Shown here: one piece after another, positions 1 to 7,791 of the stretch
Numbering within the stretch: position 1 is the first letter of the stretch
Layout: the number at the start of each line of letters is the position of its first letter
Source of the DNA: Gemmatimonadales bacterium
GTDB taxonomy: Bacteria > Gemmatimonadota > Gemmatimonadetes > Gemmatimonadales > GWC2-71-9
Reading direction: 5' to 3'
Length of the DNA stretch: 64,000 nucleotides
Assembly: GCA_036004525.1 (NCBI GenBank)
Contig: DASYRJ010000033.1
Coordinates: 6,266 to 70,265, forward strand
The notes under the pieces: generated by a model
The model's input: the letters and a program-made list of their open reading frames with translations, nothing else
Told to the model about the DNA's origin: nothing
Databases searched by the model: none
Position numbers and translations under genes: made by a program

Positions 1-486
1 ACCGATTCCAGCTACCACGACTACCGGTTGGAGGTCGAGTACCGCTTCGCCGGGGCGCCGGGGAACGCCGGCGTGTTGGTGCACGCGTCGACGCCGCGCG
101 CGCTGTACCGGATGTTCCCGCGCTCCGTCGAGGTACAGATGGAGCACGGTAACGCCGGCGATTTCTGGTGTATCCTGGAAGACATCCATGTTCCCGACAT
201 GGAACGCCGGCGTGGACCACCGGCGCAGTGGGGGACCACCGAGGGCAAGGCGCGGCGCATCCGCAACCTGACCGACGATTCCGAGAAGCCGGTCGGCGCG
301 TGGAACACCATGGTCATCGAGGCCGTGGGCCGCTCGATCAGAGTCTGGGTCAACGGCGACCTGGTGAATGACGGGTCGGACGCGACCGCCGATCGCGGCC
401 GGATCGCGTTGCAGTCGGAAGGGTCCGAGGTCGAGTTCCGGAAGCTCTTGCTGACCCCGATCAGCACGCTGACCACCCCGCGTTGA
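1..486 (+). CDS. DUF1080 / 3-keto-disaccharide hydrolase-like protein, C-terminal part (5' end lies outside the window)
   Basis: The frame is open from base 1 (TDSSYHDYRLEVEYRF...). The C-terminal motifs WNTMVIEAVG..IRVWVNG and GRIALQSEGSEVEFRKLLL resemble the paralog at 49706-50476 (HWLNGRKIVEF, GHIVLQDHGDEVYFRNIKV). Confidence 0.6.
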   Translation, partial: TDSSYHDYRLEVEYRFAGAPGNAGVLVHASTPRALYRMFPRSVEVQMEHGNAGDFWCILEDIHVPDMERRRGPPAQWGTTEGKARRIRNLTDDSEKPVGAWNTMVIEAVGRSIRVWVNGDLVNDGSDATADRGRIALQSEGSEVEFRKLLLTPISTLTTPR

Positions 487-504
487 GTCGGAGAGGCTAG
501 ACCT

Positions 505-915
505 ATGCGAAACCTTCCTCTTGCGATCGCCCTCGCCACCAGCAGCATGCTGGCATGCACCGACCCCACCGGGCCTCGCCTCGTCGCCTTCGAGCGCCTG
601 CAAAACCCGAACCCGCCTCCTACCCCTCAGGTCTTCGGAGTGGACGGGCAGGTGATCATCCAGGCGAGCTTCCCGACGCCGTGCGAGCCCTACGATGCCA
701 CGGCCGCCGTGAGCGTCGACCGCGGCGTTTTTCGGCTGATCGTGCACGGCGACGCCACCGGCGGATGTCCCCTGGACGTCGTCGGGACGTTTTTCTACCG
801 GGCGACGATCGGTGATCCTCCGGTCGGGTCGTACGCCGTTCGCGCAATTCACACCTACGCGGACGCTGCGTGGCCGGCAGACAGTGTCGACTTCGGGACG
901 GTGGTCCTCCCCTGA
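505..915 (+). CDS. Small hypothetical lipoprotein
   Basis: 136-aa ORF with a signal peptide and lipobox (LATSSMLAC). I recognise no domain. Confidence 0.45.
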   Translation: MRNLPLAIALATSSMLACTDPTGPRLVAFERLQNPNPPPTPQVFGVDGQVIIQASFPTPCEPYDATAAVSVDRGVFRLIVHGDATGGCPLDVVGTFFYRATIGDPPVGSYAVRAIHTYADAAWPADSVDFGTVVLP

Positions 916-1030
916 ATATTGGGCGCCGCTACCGCCGGTGAAGGTTGTCGCGACGTCCCTGCTGATCGTCATCTTCGAGACGATCGGCGACGGCTACTTC
1001 GTGCCCATCCGCGAGGAGTGAGATGGCATC

Positions 1031-2143
1031 ATGTCGAAGGTGAGAATCGGGATCGTCGGCTCACGCTTTCAGGCGGATTGCGTCGCGGGGGCGGCGAAAG
1101 CCGTACCGGAGGAAGCAGAAGTCGTGGCCGCGGCCTCGCCGACCAAGGGACACGCGGCCGGCTTCGCGAAGCGGCACGGGATCCCGCGCGCGTATACCGA
1201 CTACCGCGAGCTCCTGCGCGATCCTGACGTCGAGATGATCTGGATCACGGCGCCCAATCGGCTGCACGCACCGATCGCCATCGACGCCGCCAAGGCCGGG
1301 AAGCACGTCGTGTGCGAGAAACCGCTGTGCCTGACGATCGAGGAAGCCGATGCGATGATCGACGCCTGCCGCACGGCGGGCGTGCTGCTCCTCTACGCCG
1401 AGGAGCTGTTCTTTGCGCCGAAGTATGTGAAGGCGAAGCAGATGGCGGACGAGGGCGCATTCGGTCGCGTGCATCTGGTAAAGCAGGGCGAGAAGCACTC
1501 CGGTCCGCACGCGGAGTGGTTCTGGGACGTGGAGCAGTCGGGAGGCGGCGCGGTCATGGACCTGGGGTGCCATGGGGTCGCATTCTGCTGGTGGTTCCTC
1601 GGCAAGCCGCAGATCACGAGTGTCTACTGTCAGATGGCGACGCAAGTGCACCAACAGCGCACGCAGGGTGACGACGAGGCGGTGACGATCATGGAATTCG
1701 ACACCGGCGCCATCGGCATGGTCGAGAGCAGTTGGAACCGGCCCGGCGGGATGGACGATTGCATCGAGGTGTTCGGCGACAAGGGACAGACCTACGCCGA
1801 CCTCCTCATGGGCAACGCCCTGCCGACGTACTCAGACGTCGGATTCGGCTACGCCGTGGAAAAGGCTGCGACGACCAGAGGCTGGACGTATCCCGTGTTC
1901 GAGGAGCACTGGAACTACGGGTTCCCGCAGGAGCTGCGACACTTCGCCCGCTGCGTGCGCGGCAAGGAGACGCCCATCTCCGACGGCGAGACGGGACGCG
2001 TGGTGCAAGAGGTGCTCTATGCCGCCTACGCGTCGGCCGGACTCGGCCGGAAGGTCATGCTGCCCTTCCGCCCGACAGGCATCGCGAAGCCGATTGACCT
2101 GTGGAAGAAGATGAGGGTCACGTCAGACGGGTGCGGATCTTGA
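1031..2143 (+). CDS. Gfo/Idh/MocA family oxidoreductase (cytoplasmic)
   Basis: N-terminal Rossmann motif [10 protein letters not shown]..., EKPL motif ([10 protein letters not shown]), and the typical C-terminal alpha/beta domain. 370 aa. Confidence 0.85.
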   Translation: MSKVRIGIVGSRFQADCVAGAAKAVPEEAEVVAAASPTKGHAAGFAKRHGIPRAYTDYRELLRDPDVEMIWITAPNRLHAPIAIDAAKAGKHVVCEKPLCLTIEEADAMIDACRTAGVLLLYAEELFFAPKYVKAKQMADEGAFGRVHLVKQGEKHSGPHAEWFWDVEQSGGGAVMDLGCHGVAFCWWFLGKPQITSVYCQMATQVHQQRTQGDDEAVTIMEFDTGAIGMVESSWNRPGGMDDCIEVFGDKGQTYADLLMGNALPTYSDVGFGYAVEKAATTRGWTYPVFEEHWNYGFPQELRHFARCVRGKETPISDGETGRVVQEVLYAAYASAGLGRKVMLPFRPTGIAKPIDLWKKMRVTSDGCGS

Positions 2144-2558
2144 TCTCCGAGGTGAGCGTCCGGTGGACCGGACAACGGTCCGCGATCTCCCGTAACTTGG
2201 CGCGCTGGTCTTCCGAAAGCTGACCGCCGAGCGAGATCTCCCGCTCGATGACGTCCAGCAATCCCTGCTTCGTCTCGCAGTCGGCGCAGTCCTCGGCGTG
2301 TATTCTGAAATGCCGCAGCCGCACGCTTACGTCACTCAGCGGCCAGCGGTTCCGTCGCGCATACAGCGCGATGGTCATCGACGTTCAGGATCCGAGCGCC
2401 GCCAGCAGCAGGTCGTAGGGGCCGGGGCCCGTATCGGTGCCGCCGTCGGCCACGGGCTCGTCGGCCACGAGGCGATGGCGACCGGCCCTGATCTCCTGGG
2501 CGAACCCCGCCGCGCTCCCGCGCACCAGTACTACGCCCGGCTCCAGCGTCTCGTCCAT
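2118..2558 (-). CDS. OsmC-family peroxiredoxin-like protein with an in-frame TGA (2385-2387) at the first catalytic Cys position; candidate selenoprotein, otherwise a pseudogene
   Basis: The tail of ORF 2385..3497 ([10 protein letters not shown]...[11 protein letters not shown]) and ORF 2118..2378 (MTIALYARR...DRCPVHRTL) share a frame and are separated only by TGA-ACG-TCG. The joined product is 146 codons. The CPV resolving-Cys motif is present, and GGAG lies 9 nt before ATG 2558. Confidence 0.55.
2352..2374 (-). promoter_or_regulatory. Candidate SECIS-like hairpin downstream of the in-frame UGA
   Basis: mRNA CC-a-UCGCGC [UGUAU] GCGCGA-c-GG. The stem starts 11 nt after the UGA, and the apical loop contains GU 19 nt after the UGA. 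Confidence 0.3.
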
Positions 2559-2596
2559 CCCAAGGCTCCGCGTTGGGGACCCCTTCGCCGCGGTGC

Positions 2597-4039
2597 TTAG
2601 TGCAGCAGGCCGAGCGTCTTCAGGTAGTCGGCCACGATGTAGGCGGGCAGCGCAAAAATGATCTTGCCCTGCGACTCCCCCTGGCCGCCGTACAGCACGG
2701 CGATCACCCGGCCTTCGCGATCGAAGATGGGGCTCCCCGACGAACCGGGCGCGCCGTATCCATCCACCTGAACGACGGCCGTCAACACCTTGCTCACGGT
2801 GCCGACGGTGAGGGTGGGCTCGGCGATGGGGCGCTGGCCGACCGCCTCCATCGGCAGGTCGAACCCCAGCGGATAGCCGATGATGGCGACCGGGTCGCCG
2901 CGCTCGATCCCCTGCCGCGAGCGGGCGAGGGCCGTGACCCGCGGCGTCCCGCCCTTGATCCGCACCCGCAGCACGCCGACGTCGGTCTCCGGGGAGACGC
3001 CGACCAGCTCGCCGGGCCAGGCCTGCACGCTCCCCGAAAAGATCACCGCGATGCGGCGAGGCGTGCGCGTGCCGTCCTCGCCCAGCAGGACGTGCTTGTT
3101 GGTCACCAGGGTGCCGTTCGAGTCCACCGCGAACGCGGTGCCGCTGAACCGCTCCCCGTCCGAGAACTCGACGATCACGATCGCCACCGCGTCCTGGTTG
3201 TTGTGGGAGATGGCGCGGTAGTCCACGCCCCCCCCCACGGCGCCCATCAGGGCGCGCTGGCGGCGCTCGGCGTCGTCGAGCTGGTTGCGCAGGCGCGCCA
3301 TGGACGTCGCGTCGCCGCCCGAGCCGGCCAGCTCGCGCCGCAGGCGCGCCGTCTCGGCCTGCGACTCGGCGAGCGCGTCGCGCACCCCCCGCAACTCCGA
3401 CTGAAAGCGCGCCGACAACTGTTGCGCGGAGTGCACCAGGCTGTCGGCGCGCGCCTGCAGCCGGATCAGCTCGCGGGCCCGCTGGCGCGCCTCCCACTGC
3501 AGCCAGCCGAAGGCCCCCGCGGTCACGATGAGTAACCCGATGAGCACCTTGGTGGTCCGGCGCAGCTGCGCCACTTCGATCGCGATCCGCACCGCGGTGC
3601 TGGAGCGGCGGGGCGGGGGAGGGGGCGCGGGCGGGGCAGCGGGCGTGGCACGGAACAGCTCGCGGGGCGTCGAGGCACGTTGCGCCATCCCCTCGGCGGC
3701 AGTCATCGCCGCCTGCTCGCCCGACTCGCCGGCGATCGCGTGGAACTCGAGTGCCGGTCCGGTCGGGCCGAAGCCAATCACGTCGCCGTCCTGCAGGATC
3801 GTGTCGCCGTCGATGCGCCGGCCGTTCACGAAGGTACCGTTGCGGCTGCCGAGGTCCTGCAACACGAACCCCTCCGCCTTGCGCACGATGGCCGCGTGGC
3901 GCGACGACACGTCGAGATCGCGCTCGGTGTCGAAGCGGACGTCGGAGAGGGGATGGCGGCCGAGGCCGATGTAGGCCTTCCGGAAGGCCTCGACTTGCCC
4001 GGCGCGGGCGCCCGACAGGAACCGGAACTGAGCTTTCAC
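2597..4039 (-). CDS. FHA domain - TM helix - coiled coil - trypsin-like (S1) serine protease fusion protein
   Basis: The GTG start overlaps the PP2C stop (GTGA). FHA motifs: GRHPLSDVRF, SRHAAI, DLGSRNGTFVNG. TM helix: VLIGLLIVTAGAFGWLQW. Heptad-rich segment follows. Protease triad contexts: TNKHVL, DVGVLRV, GAPGSSGSPIF. Confidence 0.8.
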   Translation of the reverse strand: MKAQFRFLSGARAGQVEAFRKAYIGLGRHPLSDVRFDTERDLDVSSRHAAIVRKAEGFVLQDLGSRNGTFVNGRRIDGDTILQDGDVIGFGPTGPALEFHAIAGESGEQAAMTAAEGMAQRASTPRELFRATPAAPPAPPPPPRRSSTAVRIAIEVAQLRRTTKVLIGLLIVTAGAFGWLQWEARQRARELIRLQARADSLVHSAQQLSARFQSELRGVRDALAESQAETARLRRELAGSGGDATSMARLRNQLDDAERRQRALMGAVGGGVDYRAISHNNQDAVAIVIVEFSDGERFSGTAFAVDSNGTLVTNKHVLLGEDGTRTPRRIAVIFSGSVQAWPGELVGVSPETDVGVLRVRIKGGTPRVTALARSRQGIERGDPVAIIGYPLGFDLPMEAVGQRPIAEPTLTVGTVSKVLTAVVQVDGYGAPGSSGSPIFDREGRVIAVLYGGQGESQGKIIFALPAYIVADYLKTLGLLH

Positions 4040-5076
4040 CCGTTCCGCGTGAGGTACCAGAGGAGGGCGGCCGCCGCGGCGAGCATGGCGAGCACGGCCG
4101 TGAGCAGCCGGCCGCGGGCCTCCTTCGCGGGCACCGGCGCCCGGCTCCCCTTGTACACGGGGACCGGCTCGGTGCTCGTCTCGGTGTCGATCAACGGATA
4201 CACCTGGTGCCCGACGGCCTCGTGCTCCCCGGAGGACCGCAGGCCCTCGCCGTCGAACCGAGCGATGACGACCGTGATGTTGTCGGGGCCGCCGCGCGCG
4301 TTGGCGAGCGCGATGAGCTTGTCGCACGCGGCGCCGAGCTCCCGCCCCCCTCCCTCACTGACGATCTGCGCGATCTCTTCCTTCTTCACCTGGCCCGAGA
4401 GGCCGTCGGAGCAGAGCACCAGGATGTCCCCGCGCCGCACCTCCTGGTGCGTCAGGTCGACTTTGACCTTGGGGTCGGGGCCGAGCGCCTGGAGGATGAT
4501 GTTGCGTCGCTCGCTGTGGGCGGCCTCTTCCTCGGTCAGCTCGCCGGCCTCGACGAGCCGCTGCATCAGCGACTGGTCCTTGGTGAGCTGGTGGGCCTCG
4601 CCGTGGCGGACGAGATAGGCGCGGCTGTCGCCCACCTGCGTGAGATAGAGATGGTCGGCGAGCACGCCGGCGGCCGTCGTGGTCGTGCCCATCCCGCGCA
4701 CCTCGGGATGCGCCTTGGCGTGCGCGTGGATGCTGGCGTTGGCGACCTCGACCGCCTCCTTGAGGCGGTAGGCGAAGCGCTGCGGCGTCGGCTCGTGCTC
4801 TGCGTTCCACGTCTTGGTGAGGTGCTGGTAAATCGTCTCCGTCGCCATCTGGCTCGCCAGCTCCCCGGCCGCGGCCCCACCCATCCCGTCGGCGACGACG
4901 AACAGCGTGCCGCGGTCGCCCAGGTCGTGCTGGCGCACCTGGGGCTGCAGCGAGGCATCCTGCCGGCTCAGGTCTGCGACGAGGAAGCGGTCCTCGTTGT
5001 GGTCCCGCGTCCGGCCCAGGTCGGTCTTGCCGAAGACCTGGACCCGGATGGCCTTGGGAGAGGAGCGTCCGAACAT
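4036..5076 (-). CDS. PP2C-family Ser/Thr phosphatase with C-terminal TM anchor
   Basis: Motifs GRTRDHNEDRF, VVADGMGG, LCSDGL, GGPDNITVV. C-terminal hydrophobic helix LLTAVLAMLAAAAALLWYL. Start taken at MFGRSS (ATG 5076), just after the kinase stop. Confidence 0.85.
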   Translation of the reverse strand: MFGRSSPKAIRVQVFGKTDLGRTRDHNEDRFLVADLSRQDASLQPQVRQHDLGDRGTLFVVADGMGGAAAGELASQMATETIYQHLTKTWNAEHEPTPQRFAYRLKEAVEVANASIHAHAKAHPEVRGMGTTTTAAGVLADHLYLTQVGDSRAYLVRHGEAHQLTKDQSLMQRLVEAGELTEEEAAHSERRNIILQALGPDPKVKVDLTHQEVRRGDILVLCSDGLSGQVKKEEIAQIVSEGGGRELGAACDKLIALANARGGPDNITVVIARFDGEGLRSSGEHEAVGHQVYPLIDTETSTEPVPVYKGSRAPVPAKEARGRLLTAVLAMLAAAAALLWYLTRNG

Positions 5077-5081
5077 GTCGC

Positions 5082-6641
5082 CTAGGACCCCAACGCGTGA
5101 ACGACGTTTTGACACGACGTGAGCGCCGCGTTGAGGCCGAGCCCGGTGCGAGCCCATTGCAGCGCCGAAGTCCGATTCCCCAGATCCTGCTCCGCCTGGG
5201 CGATCATGCACGCCGCGAAGGCGCGCTCGCCAACGGCGACCCCGGCCGTATTGAACACCTTCGTCGCCGAGTCTCGTTTGATCACCGAGGGACTCTCGAT
5301 CAAGCCATCGAGGATGTCGCCCGCCCGAGCCGGGTCGATGCCGGTCCGCGGGGGCGGGGGTCTCCGCGTTCCCGTGTCTCGGTTCGCCAGCGTCGTGACC
5401 GTGTGAGCCTTCTGAGAATCCCCAGTCTGCATGTTCGCCGGGTTCCCCGCTGTGTTCTGGAGCACGGCGGGGATCGAGTCTGGGCCCCCGGTCTTCGCCC
5501 CGCCGCCCTGCAAGATCACGGCGGCCGCGCCACCCAGCCCCACCACGGCCACGATCCCGGCGATGACCGGCACGCGCGACCGTCTCTTGGGCGCCGCGGG
5601 CTTCGCCACCTCGAGCAGTTGAGTTTTGGCGTCGACGCCGCTCCCTCCCCGGGTCTGGGGAACGACGGCGGTACGGCCGCGGTCCACGCCGGCAGCGGCG
5701 CCGGCGTCGGCCGCGAACTTCGCCACCGTCTGGTAGCGATCCACCGGCGTCCGGCTGAGCGCGGTGTCCAGCACGGCCTGGAGCCCCGCGGGGAACCGCA
5801 GGTCGGGGCGCGCCTGGGCGAGCGGCGTGGGCTCGTCGGTGAGCCGCTTGATCATCGTCTCCTGGACCGTCGTCGCCTCGAACGGCAGCTTGCCGGCGAG
5901 CATGCGATAGAACACGAGCGCCAACGAGTAGAGGTCGCTGCGCCCGTCGAGCTTGTCTCCCGAGAGCTGCTCGGGGCTCATGAATTCCGGCGTCCCCACC
6001 ACGAGTCCGGTCTTCGTGACCTTCTGGCCCGACTCGTCGCCCCCCTCCCCCCCCACCGCCTTGGCGATCCCGAAGTCCACCACCTTCACGACGTCGGCGC
6101 CGTCCTTCCGGCGGGCGAGCATGATGTTGTCGGGCTTCAGGTCGCGGTGGACGATGCCGAGGTCGTGCGCCGCCTGGAGCGCGTCGGCCACCTGGCTGAA
6201 GATGTGAACGGCGCGCGGCACCGGGAGAACGCCCTCCCGCTCCAGCAGGTCGGTGAGCGGCTCCCCCTCGATGAACTCCATCGCCAGATAGATGATGCCA
6301 TCGGCCGTCTCGCCGAAGTCGTAGATGGCGCAGACGTTCGGATGCGTGATGCGGCTCGCGTTCGCGGCCTCGCGGTTGAACCGGGCCACGGCGTCGGGGT
6401 CGTGCACCATCGAGGGGTTCATCACCTTGATGGCGCTGCGCCGGCCCATCTTCACGTGCTCGGCGAGGTACACCTGGCCCATCCCGCCCTCGCCCAGCTT
6501 CTTGAGCACGTGGTAGCGGTCGGCCACCACCTGGCCCACCAGGTTGGAGGCGGGTGCGGCCGCCCGCAGCGTCTGCCCGTCGTTGGGACAGAACTTCACG
6601 TCGTCGGCGTACTCGGTCGAGCAGACGGGGCAGATTTTCAC
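5082..6641 (-). CDS. Ser/Thr protein kinase with N-terminal zinc ribbon, TM helix and C-terminal extracytoplasmic domain
   Basis: CPVC..x..CPNDG zinc ribbon. Hanks kinase motifs GEGGMGQVY, AIKV, HRDLKPDN, DFGIAK, SPEQ. TM helix VIAGIVAVVGLGGAAAVIL. Confidence 0.9.
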   Translation of the reverse strand: MKICPVCSTEYADDVKFCPNDGQTLRAAAPASNLVGQVVADRYHVLKKLGEGGMGQVYLAEHVKMGRRSAIKVMNPSMVHDPDAVARFNREAANASRITHPNVCAIYDFGETADGIIYLAMEFIEGEPLTDLLEREGVLPVPRAVHIFSQVADALQAAHDLGIVHRDLKPDNIMLARRKDGADVVKVVDFGIAKAVGGEGGDESGQKVTKTGLVVGTPEFMSPEQLSGDKLDGRSDLYSLALVFYRMLAGKLPFEATTVQETMIKRLTDEPTPLAQARPDLRFPAGLQAVLDTALSRTPVDRYQTVAKFAADAGAAAGVDRGRTAVVPQTRGGSGVDAKTQLLEVAKPAAPKRRSRVPVIAGIVAVVGLGGAAAVILQGGGAKTGGPDSIPAVLQNTAGNPANMQTGDSQKAHTVTTLANRDTGTRRPPPPRTGIDPARAGDILDGLIESPSVIKRDSATKVFNTAGVAVGERAFAACMIAQAEQDLGNRTSALQWARTGLGLNAALTSCQNVVHALGS

Positions 6642-7642
6642 GACGGCAGCTCGACGCGCAGGAGTTTATCGCCGGCCATGATCCGCGACCCGTGCCGCAA
6701 CACCATGGCCCCGCGGGCCGCGATCGCGACGCCGTTCCGGCTGTGATCGTCGAGCAGGACGAAGTCGGCGTCCTCGGAGCGGACCGTAGCGTGCTGCGCG
6801 CTCATCGACGGGTCGTACGGGAAGATCCAGTCGCCGCGCTCGCGTCCGATGTGGACGTCGCGCCCGGGCGACAGCTGAATCATGTCGCGCGAGCTGCCGT
6901 CGGACCGGAGCTGCGTGAGGCTCGCGATGTCGGCGCTCGGGACCAGGCTTCCCATGCGCCGGGTCGCGTCCGCATCGGGCGCGTGGGGCCCCGGATACCC
7001 GAGCCGGCGGAACCGGATCACCTGCGACCCGATCAGCACCAGGTCGCCGTCCACCAGGCGGTAGGGTTCTTCGAGGAACACCCACGTCCCGTTCCGGCTC
7101 CCCAGGTCGCGCACTTCCAGACGGCCCTCCTCCCACGACACCTTGGCGTGCAGCGGCGAGAGAAAGGCGTCATCCGGGAACCGGATGTCCCCTTCCTGGC
7201 GCCCGATCGTCGTGGACGCGTGCTTGCGCTCGAACCGCTTCACTTCCTTGCCGGCATCGTCCAGCAGGACCAGGGTGAGCGAGTAGTCACCGCGTTTATC
7301 CGGGGTGAGGCGGGAGGGCGCTCCCGTGCCCGCCGCGACGTCGCCGAGCGGGGCGCCGCAGGTGGCGCAGAACCGGGTTCCCGGCGTGACCGGCGAGGCG
7401 CAGCGCGAGCAGGTGGGGCCCGAGCCGGGCGCCGTGAGCCGGCGGCCGCAGTGCGGGCAAAACGGCAGCTGATCGCTGGCGGGCGAGCCGCAGAACGGAC
7501 AGGCGGGAGACTTCCCCGGCGGGGTCGAGATGGGCGGGTCCGCCAGACCTATCGCGGCAGCTTTCGTCAGGGGTTTTCCGCAGTCGGCGCAAAACTGCGC
7601 GCCGGCCTCATTTTGGCGGCCGCAGAAGGTGCAGGCGCTCAC
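6638..7642 (-). CDS. Triple zinc-ribbon / double FHA domain protein
   Basis: The GTG start lies upstream, and the stop overlaps the kinase start (ATGA). Three CxxC-N-CxxC ribbons (CTFCG..CADCG; CPFCG..CPHCG; CSRC..CATCG). Two FHA cores (GRQEGDIRF..LGSRNGTWV; GRERGDWIF..DHSRNGVAI). Confidence 0.85.
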   Translation of the reverse strand: MSACTFCGRQNEAGAQFCADCGKPLTKAAAIGLADPPISTPPGKSPACPFCGSPASDQLPFCPHCGRRLTAPGSGPTCSRCASPVTPGTRFCATCGAPLGDVAAGTGAPSRLTPDKRGDYSLTLVLLDDAGKEVKRFERKHASTTIGRQEGDIRFPDDAFLSPLHAKVSWEEGRLEVRDLGSRNGTWVFLEEPYRLVDGDLVLIGSQVIRFRRLGYPGPHAPDADATRRMGSLVPSADIASLTQLRSDGSSRDMIQLSPGRDVHIGRERGDWIFPYDPSMSAQHATVRSEDADFVLLDDHSRNGVAIAARGAMVLRHGSRIMAGDKLLRVELPS

Positions 7643-7751
7643 GCGCGGGGGTGCTCCACGAGGCGCATAAAGTAAGGTAGGCCAATCTATTGGGGAAACT
7701 CACGCGTCGAAAGGGGCTGCGGCTTCTGACGCAGCGCGAACCTCCCTCGTC

Positions 7752-7781
7752 TCGAACCGCGCTCCGTGGCCAGCGTATAAT
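7752..7781 (+). promoter_or_regulatory. Candidate sigma70-type promoter (perfect TATAAT at 7776-7781) giving a near-leaderless transcript for the GWxTD-like gene
   Basis: TATAAT is an exact match in a 70% GC background and sits 10 nt before ATG 7792. A weak -35 (TCGAAC) lies 18 nt upstream. Confidence 0.3.
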
Positions 7782-7791
7782 GAGGCGAGGT

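Noticed and set aside
2385-3497. 370-aa minus-strand ORF (Arg/Gly/Pro/Ala-rich)
   Set aside because: It lies out of frame over the 3' half of the well-supported FHA-protease gene and has the low-complexity composition typical of high-GC shadow ORFs. Only its last 57 codons (MDETLEPG...LLAALGS) are real, as the N-terminus of the OsmC-like gene.
5097-6746. 549-aa plus-strand ORF
   Set aside because: It is antisense to the Ser/Thr kinase gene, whose Hanks motifs are unambiguous. It has no recognisable domains and a strong Arg/Gly/His bias.
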